Source: Elusimicrobiota bacterium (lineage in GTDB: Bacteria > Elusimicrobiota > Elusimicrobia > UBA1565). From it: a DNA stretch of 53,667 nt. Numbering within the stretch: the first letter of the stretch is position 1; each line of letters begins with the position of its first letter. Under the pieces are notes generated by a model. That model was not told the DNA's origin. It worked only from the letters and a program-made list of their open reading frames with translations, and ran no database searches. Positions 18,898-25,739 of the stretch are shown here, piece after piece. The stretch lies in contig JBDRPD010000099.1 in assembly GCA_043827405.1 (NCBI GenBank), forward strand, positions 1 to 53,667. Reading direction: 5' to 3'. The position numbers and the translations under genes are program-made.

Positions 18898-20115
18898 ATG
18901 ACTAAGCAGATCTTTTCAAAAATCGCTGCGATCACGATTCTCACCGCTGTCGTTCTCGGCGCCAGTAGTTCTTTGCGAGCGAAATCGCCTGTCATCGATT
19001 TTGATAATGGCAGCGATTCAACAGGGACTATCGAAACGGCTCGTGAAAAGGGAGGATTGCGGCACCTCCTTCCTCGTTTCCTAGACCTTAAACCAGGGCT
19101 ACAGCCGGAAGAACTTAAACTGATTGAGGCTCCCTGGCCTTCGCCGGCGCCTGCTGTTTCGGATTCCAGCCAGGATTCGCTTTCACTGTTACAAGAGTTG
19201 CCACTCCCTAGTAGACTCCCCTGCGAAATTTATCCCGTTCATGAGGATGACTCGGGAGGCGAAACGCCCTCGCTCTGTGGTAATGCCCGAAAGACGAGCC
19301 AGAACCTCATGCCTTCAAAGGGCAAACGCGCCGTGAAAACTGTCGGTCGCTACGAACAGCTTATTACGGAAAACGAAGATTACAAGAAGGGGCTCGAGCT
19401 CAAAGAACAGCTTGGGTCTGTCGGAGAGGGCATACATTTTACAAATATCCACAATACGGGCGTTCCTGCTCCCGTACGCAACGCTTTGCTGGTGCAGTGG
19501 CAGGGGATCGAGTCAAGTAAAGGGGAATTGCTTCCGGATGCACGGGCGCTTGACGCTGGGGAAATCGATCAGCGTCGATTCGCAGTTAGACTGAACACTT
19601 GGTACAACAGATTGATTACCCGCAAAGAAGAGTACGAGAGCCAATACGCCACCTTTAAACGACTATGCCTGGGGCGAGGATTGCCACCCGACGAGTATGC
19701 GCAGTGTAAAGCATTCCAAGATGCCTTGTACTCCTGTGGGACGGCTCACAACCAGTCCGCGCAGGCTCATAGCGACTTGGTTGCACTTTGGAGAAGAAAC
19801 AAGGAGTGTCTTGAAACTAAAGGCGCTACACTACTGGAAAAGATAAAGAAATGGGCCGAGGAACTTATTCAGCCCTGGATAAAAAAGGCTCAGAGGGCTT
19901 TGCAAGGGGATTATGATTGCGCCGCAATTCCGCCCCCATCTCTTGCTAACAACAACGGGATTTGGGCGCTGCATTGCCGCTATCGATGTGGGTCTTACAC
20001 GGGGACATGCGGGATCGCAAGAGCCTTTGATCACGAGCCTACAGTGGGCGAGATTACTGCTGCCTGCCCGGACTTGTCAAAACGGCCGCCGGTAATATGC
20101 CCCGCTCCGTTTTGA
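18898..20115 (+). CDS. Secreted coiled-coil protein with Cys-rich C-terminal domain (polymorphic toxin candidate A)
   Basis: Signal peptide, PVIDFDNG motif, helical core paralleling 20546-21718, unrelated ~70 aa C-terminus with 6 Cys. Confidence 0.75.
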   Translation: MTKQIFSKIAAITILTAVVLGASSSLRAKSPVIDFDNGSDSTGTIETAREKGGLRHLLPRFLDLKPGLQPEELKLIEAPWPSPAPAVSDSSQDSLSLLQELPLPSRLPCEIYPVHEDDSGGETPSLCGNARKTSQNLMPSKGKRAVKTVGRYEQLITENEDYKKGLELKEQLGSVGEGIHFTNIHNTGVPAPVRNALLVQWQGIESSKGELLPDARALDAGEIDQRRFAVRLNTWYNRLITRKEEYESQYATFKRLCLGRGLPPDEYAQCKAFQDALYSCGTAHNQSAQAHSDLVALWRRNKECLETKGATLLEKIKKWAEELIQPWIKKAQRALQGDYDCAAIPPPSLANNNGIWALHCRYRCGSYTGTCGIARAFDHEPTVGEITAACPDLSKRPPVICPAPF

Positions 20116-20210
20116 TTTCAACGGACAGCCGCCCTGATGTTCGGAATATCTAGCGGAACGGCCAAGAGGAGAATTCTCTAGCGGAGATGGATTAAAGTTC
20201 AGGTCAGCCT

Positions 20211-20474
20211 ATGTTGAAATTTGAAGACATCGCGAACATCCCTGACCAGGAGTTGTTCCAGATCAACAACGACCTAACCCCTTCGGTTTTGGCAAAGGTC
20301 ATTAAAACCGCACCGAAAGAAATAGCCAAGAAGATTTTGTCGAACATCCGCTCCGACGTAGCGATGATGATTGAAAATATGGCGGAGAAACTTGGCGACC
20401 TTTCTCCATCTGATATTGAGTCTGCCCGCCAGAAAGTCCTTGAAGTGGCCGAAAATTACTACAGGACAAACTAA
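20211..20474 (+). CDS. Stand-alone FliG C-terminal-domain-like protein (immunity candidate A)
   Basis: FEDI...LAKVIKTAPKEIAKKILSNI...LGDLSPSDIESARQKV follows the FliG_C pattern; no flagellar genes nearby. Confidence 0.7.
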   Translation: MLKFEDIANIPDQELFQINNDLTPSVLAKVIKTAPKEIAKKILSNIRSDVAMMIENMAEKLGDLSPSDIESARQKVLEVAENYYRTN

Positions 20475-20545
20475 AGTGGTCGCACTGTTTTGCTGCTGAC
20501 GGATTTCTTTGAAGCTGTATTCTCTTAGCCATCGGAGACATAGAC

Positions 20546-21718
20546 ATGAATAGAAACTTCCTTTCTAGAATAGTTATCGGGTTGCTTGTCGCCATGGGGG
20601 CCCTAAGTTTCAGTCTCATTAGTCAAGCCGAGGCTCCCGCTATAGATTTTGAGCAAGGTTTTGAGTTACGCCCGGTGCTCGAGAACGTCAAGGGCAATGC
20701 CGCAAATGCCAAGGGATTGGAGAAGCTTATCGGCCCTGGGCAGGTTGCCGGTCTTATCCCGATGTTGCAGCCAGCCCCTTTGCCCCCAGAGCTTCAAGCC
20801 TTGAAGAAAGCCATGATGGCAGGATGGGTCTTTGGGCCATGGCAGCCGAAAATTTACCAGCACCCGTCTTATTTAAAAGCTCGACAGTATCCTCCGAAAG
20901 TTAATCAGCTCCCACCGGACGTTAGCGGACCCCTTCAGGCAGAGTGGAGGGAAAGAATTGCGGAGGGGAATGGAGCGATTGAGACCGCGAAGCAGCTCGA
21001 ACCCCAAGATCAGAAGCTTTATGACGATGGCGTCTTGCTGATTAAAGAGAAGGAGTGGCTGGACTCTGAGTCTGCAGAGATCGATGCGTGGCGGGCAAGA
21101 TATCAAAATAGGTGCTGGGTGGAGAATCCTCCTTCGGACTGCGAGGATGAGAGGCTCCGACTGAACGCGCGTATAGCAGCATTCAACGCAAGAGTCGGCG
21201 TTTACAATTCTAACCTCTCAGATTGGAGGCAACGCCGCGATAATATCAAGGACTCCGGCGAGAAACTCGATGCCAGAATCGCGGCTTGGGGGGAAAAACT
21301 TGATACCTATAGTGCAAAAGCCGAGAAGGCCTTAGAGGAAGCGGGCTGGACAACAGTTGTTTTCCAAGCACAAGGCGATGATATGCCTGATGGCGGCAAG
21401 TCTACTAAAGCAGATCTGCCAGGTCCCTTATGCCTAGAAGCAGGAGAACAACGGCTTATGGATCTCCAGTTATTGCTCACGGCCCGCGAACTTAGAGAAA
21501 GAGATCAGGCCATCGTTCAAGCTGCTACTTGGATGAGAAGTGCGGCTGCCGCCGGAGGATTACGTGGACGTCAACCTAACAAACCTTTTTACAATCCCAA
21601 CCCAACCCCCCGAAATGCGAGAATTGATATTGAAGTATTCCGAGGGTGGGCGTTTGTCCATTGCCCCGCTGCCCTTGAGCTAGTTGTGAGTGAAGATGAG
21701 CCAGGAACCAAAGAATAA
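20546..21718 (+). CDS. Secreted coiled-coil protein with distinct C-terminal domain (polymorphic toxin candidate B)
   Basis: RBS GGAG; signal peptide; PAIDFEQG; shared helical core; C-terminal QAQG...RELRER...GG...RIDIEVFRGWAF. Confidence 0.8.
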   Translation: MNRNFLSRIVIGLLVAMGALSFSLISQAEAPAIDFEQGFELRPVLENVKGNAANAKGLEKLIGPGQVAGLIPMLQPAPLPPELQALKKAMMAGWVFGPWQPKIYQHPSYLKARQYPPKVNQLPPDVSGPLQAEWRERIAEGNGAIETAKQLEPQDQKLYDDGVLLIKEKEWLDSESAEIDAWRARYQNRCWVENPPSDCEDERLRLNARIAAFNARVGVYNSNLSDWRQRRDNIKDSGEKLDARIAAWGEKLDTYSAKAEKALEEAGWTTVVFQAQGDDMPDGGKSTKADLPGPLCLEAGEQRLMDLQLLLTARELRERDQAIVQAATWMRSAAAAGGLRGRQPNKPFYNPNPTPRNARIDIEVFRGWAFVHCPAALELVVSEDEPGTKE

Positions 21719-21959
21719 TCCAGAAATATCTCAGAAGGTGAAGAAGCTAGAAGTCGAAAGGGCTCCTGGGTTCATGTACTTCATTGATGAAGAAGGTGAC
21801 GTCAGTCGCGTGGTTATGACTGATAAGATCGGCGGCCGAGATGCGATGGAGAAGGTCGTCAAGTTAGGACTCAATCGAGAGCCGGGGTTTTTGTACTTCC
21901 TTGATTCTGAAGGGGATATCTCTCGGTCTAAGGAAGCGCCTCCCCAAGAAACGCAATAG
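21696..21959 (+). CDS. Small two-repeat protein, CC1 chromatin-protein-like motif (immunity candidate B)
   Basis: KVKKLEVERAPGFMYFIDEEGDVSR and KVVKLGLNREPGFLYFLDSEGDISR; overlaps the 3' end of the upstream gene. Confidence 0.7.
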   Translation: MSQEPKNNPEISQKVKKLEVERAPGFMYFIDEEGDVSRVVMTDKIGGRDAMEKVVKLGLNREPGFLYFLDSEGDISRSKEAPPQETQ

Positions 21960-22061
21960 CGGCCGCTAATATCCTTCCCGGCGACACTAGTTTCTGTTTC
22001 CATTTCCCGACTCTATTACCCCCCAACCAACTCAGAAACAAAACAATCCAACGATTCTCAG

Positions 22062-22505
22062 CTATTTATCTTCCTGCGGGCGACCTGCGGGCATTGTCCG
22101 CAGCTTGACCATCCATATCCTCTGACGCAGAAGATTCTTTTGATCCCGGATCTTCTTGGGCGGAACATGCACCAACGGGGTTAGTCCGGCTTTCAGAATC
22201 GCGGCATGCGTCGTCGCATCGATCTTGTCGGTTTTTGTGAAGGTCTCAGCGATTAGGCGCATTCTCAATGGGTTGGCCAGCTTGGGGTTGAGCGACAACT
22301 CTTCCAACGCATCGTAGAGCACCCCCCAGTTTCGTCCTGCCTCCAAGACAGATTGAACCGATTCCCCCACAGGAAGAGATTCCTTCAGCTCCCGGAAGGC
22401 TTCCGGCTCGCTGCCCATCTTTCCGTCCCACAGAATTTCTCCCGTGTCGTTAATTACGACGACGTGAGAGAACTTTTTGTGATGGTCGATGCCAATGTGT
22501 ACCAT
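22062..22505 (-). pseudogene. Truncated IS110-family transposase (N-terminal DEDD domain only)
   Basis: HIGID, VLEAG, LANP and KTDKIDA motifs; ends after 147 aa with no C-terminal domain; RBS AGGAG upstream. Confidence 0.9.
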
Positions 22506-22597
22506 GTTAATGGGTCTCCTGTGTTTAGGGTATGGTTGATGTCCATAGCCCTGGAAGTCTAACACGGGAGGCCCTTCGCTTTCATCATGTTATCTGC
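22506..22597 (-). ncRNA. Structured IS110 upstream non-coding region (bridge/seekRNA-like candidate)
   Basis: Outer stem gggtctcctgtgtt (22512-22525) / aacacgggaggccc (22561-22574) and inner stem agggtatgg / ccatagccct, separated by an asymmetric internal loop. Confidence 0.4.
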
Positions 22598-23275
22598 GGC
22601 GAGCGGCTTCCGCCCTGCCCAACTGCGCTGGCCGGAACGAAAGCTCGACCAGAAGTGGCTCAGGTTTCGCTTCAAGCATCGGATGTCATATTTTCAGGAG
22701 ATCGTGGGAGTTGGTAGGAAAATGGACGGCTCGATTGCATTATAGAGTGAGGGAGCTTGAGCATTTGTATGGAAAAAGTGGGGACAAAATGGACGGCTCA
22801 AACGCATATGGGGGTGAGGGGAGTGCGCTCTAAAATTACTCGTTACTTTGGCCGGGGAAATTTTTTCTCAACATGGGAAAATGCCTTTAGGTCCCGGCAG
22901 AAACCGCATGTGCCGGCGCCTGAAAATCGGGATAAAGTGTCAACGATTTGGGGTGCTCGCCGGAATAGTGTAGGGGGGTATGCTGGCGGGAATCTGCGGA
23001 GAAGCGTCAACGATTCGGGGTCTTCGATCGAATGATTAAGTAGGAACTCTGGGAGGAAATGTGTGCGGAATCGGCGTGCTCGATTGAATGATTAAGTGAG
23101 AGCTTAAGGAATTGGGAACAACAGCGAAACGGAGACGGACGCGGCGGCGGATGTCCCCTTTTTGCGGGGTCGTGGGAATATTAAATGAGGGGTGACTTTG
23201 CGAAAAACCTGCCAGCAATTTGGGCGCATCGAGCGGATGATTATGCGGGGAACCCACCGATGAATAACCTTCTTG

Positions 23276-23299
23276 CCCCCTCTAACGTGTTAGAGGGGG
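23276..23299. repeat. Inverted repeat with perfect 11-bp arms
   Basis: CCCCCTCTAAC-GT-GTTAGAGGGGG in the long non-coding stretch upstream of xis. Confidence 0.8.
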
Positions 23300-23570
23300 G
23301 TGTGAATAACTGCGGGTACGGAATTGCGTCGATTACTCCTGCCGATATGCGCCCGCCTCGCCACCGGCTGCGCCGGTTTCGCCTCCCGACCCCGCTCCCC
23401 CAACCACAAGTGGTAAGTGGGAACGGGGTCGGGAGGAGGGCGGGCAAGGGCAGGAGTAAAGGACAGAAAAAGGGAGGTAAAGAGATCAGAAAACAACGGA
23501 AGGAACAACGGAGGAAACGGCAACCACACAGCAGAAAAACCAACAACTTAACTGCACAGGAAGGAGGTCC

Positions 23571-23816
23571 ATGGAAGCGGCAAAACATGACCTGAACCGG
23601 CCTAATCAGGGACGCTACCTCAACGAAAAAGAGCTCGGAACCTACGTCCGGATTTCACCGGCCAGCATCCGCAGACTTGTGCGGAACCAATCCATACCCT
23701 ACATCGTATTACCATTAGGAGAGGGCTGCCGGCGGACGATCCGCTTCAAGACTTCGGCCATCGACAAGTGGCTCGAGGCGCTTGAGCGTAAGCCTTTGAG
23801 GAAGGCGAGGGGATAA
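23571..23816 (+). CDS. Excisionase-like helix-turn-helix protein
   Basis: RBS AGGAGG; YLNEKELGTYVRISPASIRRLV...IPY...IRF...IDKWL; lies directly upstream of the integrase. Confidence 0.85.
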   Translation: MEAAKHDLNRPNQGRYLNEKELGTYVRISPASIRRLVRNQSIPYIVLPLGEGCRRTIRFKTSAIDKWLEALERKPLRKARG

Positions 23817-23836
23817 CATATAATCAGGGGGAAGAC

Positions 23837-24874
23837 ATGGCGCTATTCAAGAGACCGAGCTCACAGTACTGGTACTACTCGCTGCAGATAAACGGCAAGC
23901 GGGTGTTCAAGTCCACCCGCGAAACCGACCGCAAGCGGGCCAAGCTGGTATGGATCGACAGCCTGCGCCGCTTCCGCGACCGCGAGCTCCACGGCGCTCC
24001 TTCCCGGATCACTTTGGGCGAGATGATAGAGCTCTATATGCGCGACCACAGCGCCCGTTTGAAGGCCCGGACGCACGAGACCGACCGCAGCCTCAAGAAC
24101 CGGATTCTGCGCGGCTTCAGCCCCAATATCAAGCTGAGAAGCCTCACCCCGCACCATATCGAGCGCTACATCGCCAAGCGCTCCGGCCGCGTCAAGCCCG
24201 GCACGATCAACCGCGAACTGACCTTCCTGCAGGGGCTCTTCACCAAGGCCGTGCGCTGGGGATTCGCCGCGACCAATCCCCTTACCCTGATCAAGAAGCT
24301 CAAGGAAGAGCGCAAGCCCGAGCGCTTTCTGGCCCCGGCCCAAAAGGACAAGCTCCTGGCTTCCTGCCGCGACAGCCTAAAACCCCTGGTCGGCTTCGCC
24401 ATGAAGACCGGCATGCGGATGTCGGAGATAATCGAGCTCGAGTGGAAGAACGTCAACCTCGATAAGAACCGCGTCTACGCGGTCGGAACCAAGGCCCACA
24501 AGACCCGCGTGATCCCGATCTCCCCGGCCACCCGGGAGACGCTAAAGCGCCTGCCCAAGCGGAGCGACCGCGTCTTCACTCAGGATAGCGGCAAGCCCTG
24601 GATCGTGGCAACGCTCGGCAAGTGGTTCGTCCGCGCCGCCCGCAAGGCCCGGCTGCCCCAAGATTTCACGTTCCACGATTTACGGCACACCTTCGCCCGG
24701 GATCTCCTAGACCGCGGAGTAGATATCTACACCGTATCCAGGCTTTTGGGGCACAGTTCCCTGCGCGTGACCGAGAGATACCTCTCGCATAACATGCCCG
24801 GGGCCGAGGAGGCTATTGGCAAGTTGGACCAAAGTGTTGTAAAAAGTGTTGTCAGTCGTTATTCGGCGGCCTAG
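23837..24874 (+). CDS. Tyrosine recombinase / phage-type integrase
   Basis: N-terminal arm-binding-like region; TGMRMSE, TKAHK, FHDLRHTFA, LGHSS, TERY (R-K-H-R-H-Y intact). Confidence 0.97.
   Translation: MALFKRPSSQYWYYSLQINGKRVFKSTRETDRKRAKLVWIDSLRRFRDRELHGAPSRITLGEMIELYMRDHSARLKARTHETDRSLKNRILRGFSPNIKLRSLTPHHIERYIAKRSGRVKPGTINRELTFLQGLFTKAVRWGFAATNPLTLIKKLKEERKPERFLAPAQKDKLLASCRDSLKPLVGFAMKTGMRMSEIIELEWKNVNLDKNRVYAVGTKAHKTRVIPISPATRETLKRLPKRSDRVFTQDSGKPWIVATLGKWFVRAARKARLPQDFTFHDLRHTFARDLLDRGVDIYTVSRLLGHSSLRVTERYLSHNMPGAEEAIGKLDQSVVKSVVSRYSAA
24832..24852 (+). repeat. Putative integrase arm-type site, right end (inside the int 3' end)
   Basis: Identical 21-mer to 16450-16470, 41 bp before the att core. 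Confidence 0.75.
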
Positions 24875-24897
24875 AAACCGCCGGATTGTCGTCGATA

Positions 24898-24987
24898 GGT
24901 GAGGTGCGTGAGCGGCTTAAACGGACGGTTTGCTAAACCGTTGTACGGGGTAAACCCGTACCGAGGGTTCGAATCCCTCCCTCACCG
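24898..24987 (+). tRNA. tRNA-Ser(GCT)
   Basis: Acceptor GGTGAGG/CCTCACC, anticodon arm ACGGT-TTGCTAA-ACCGT, long variable arm, T-arm GAGGG-TTCGAAT-CCCTC, discriminator G; CCA not encoded. Confidence 0.96.
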
Positions 24988-25001
24988 ATCTTTTTCCTGC
25001 C

Positions 25002-25367
25002 ATGAACCTCAACGAGAAGTTCGACGTACGCCCCGAGAAGGTTCGCGCGCTTAAAGAGCGCATCGTCCGGCTGCGAATAGACCTCAACGCGATAGCCGAA
25101 GGCTTCACCAAAGGCGGGGGGAAAGGCGGCCAGAAGGTCAACAAGACCTCCAACTGCGTCGTCCTGCGCTACCCGCCGCTGGAGCTCACCGTGCGCTGCG
25201 CCAAGGAGCGGCGCCGCACCGTCAACCGCTTCCTCGCCCTGCGCGAGCTCGTCGACCAAATAGAAATGCAGGTCTCACCCGCGACATCGCAGCGGCTCAA
25301 GGATGTAGAGAAGCTGCGCAAGAAAAAGAAGCGCAAGCGCCGCAATTCCTTAATGAAGCACGCCTAA
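25002..25367 (+). CDS. Stand-alone RF-1-domain (GGQ) peptidyl-tRNA hydrolase, ribosome-rescue-factor-like
   Basis: GGKGGQKVNKTSNCV motif, NRFLA and a basic C-terminal tail. Confidence 0.88.
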   Translation: MNLNEKFDVRPEKVRALKERIVRLRIDLNAIAEGFTKGGGKGGQKVNKTSNCVVLRYPPLELTVRCAKERRRTVNRFLALRELVDQIEMQVSPATSQRLKDVEKLRKKKKRKRRNSLMKHA

Positions 25368-25418
25368 CTGCTTGCGTATCGCTTCGCATAGAGTATTCGC
25401 GAGCTCCTTCCGCTTCAA
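25350..25418 (-). pseudogene. Internally deleted HicA-like toxin remnant
   Basis: TTG overlaps the hicB stop; reads MKRKELANTLCEAIRKQLGVLH*, i.e. HicA-like N- and C-terminal ends with no core. Confidence 0.6.
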
Positions 25419-25615
25419 GCAGGAACAGGGATGGATATGGACTTAGTGGGGTGGTTGATTACCGGCCGGTCGTCGAGCATCAGCCGGTAGGCGTGCAGAA
25501 TATTCTTACGCAGCGACTTCAGCGTTTTCCCCTGACTGATCACGCCCGGGACCTCAACGAGCCGCCCGACGTACCGGCCTTCATCTTTCCAATATTCCAG
25601 TGTCATCCTAGCCAT
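25415..25615 (-). CDS. hicB: Short HicB-family antitoxin
   Basis: YWKDEGRYVGRLVEVPGVISQGKTLKSLRKNI is the typical HicB pattern. Confidence 0.85.
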   Translation of the reverse strand: MARMTLEYWKDEGRYVGRLVEVPGVISQGKTLKSLRKNILHAYRLMLDDRPVINHPTKSISIPVPA

Positions 25616-25739
25616 CCCTACTAGTATAGCCCTGAACGTAAACTTCAACAAGCAAACGATACCCTAAAATACGAACAAGCCCGGCCATTAGTTCCGTCCA
25701 ATAATTCCAATAAGTTGAAGGCCGGTACCGTTACTTATT

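Larger units (their letters stand above)
16313..24936. mobile_element. Integrative island (~8.6 kb) at tRNA-Ser(GCT) with xis and tyrosine integrase
   Basis: 43-bp direct repeats 8581 bp apart, integrase next to the right repeat, shared arm-like repeats inside both ends, visibly lower-GC cargo. Confidence 0.9.

Noticed and set aside
23301..23309. TGTGAATAA as a DnaA box / origin
   Set aside because: Single match with no box cluster, AT-rich unwinding region or rep gene.
23185..23595. 136 aa ORF and its antisense ORFs
   Set aside because: Low-complexity translation of a purine-rich tract that overlaps the xis start; no recognisable domain.
16313..24936. Island as a prophage or ICE
   Set aside because: No capsid, terminase, tail, relaxase or T4SS genes are recognisable.
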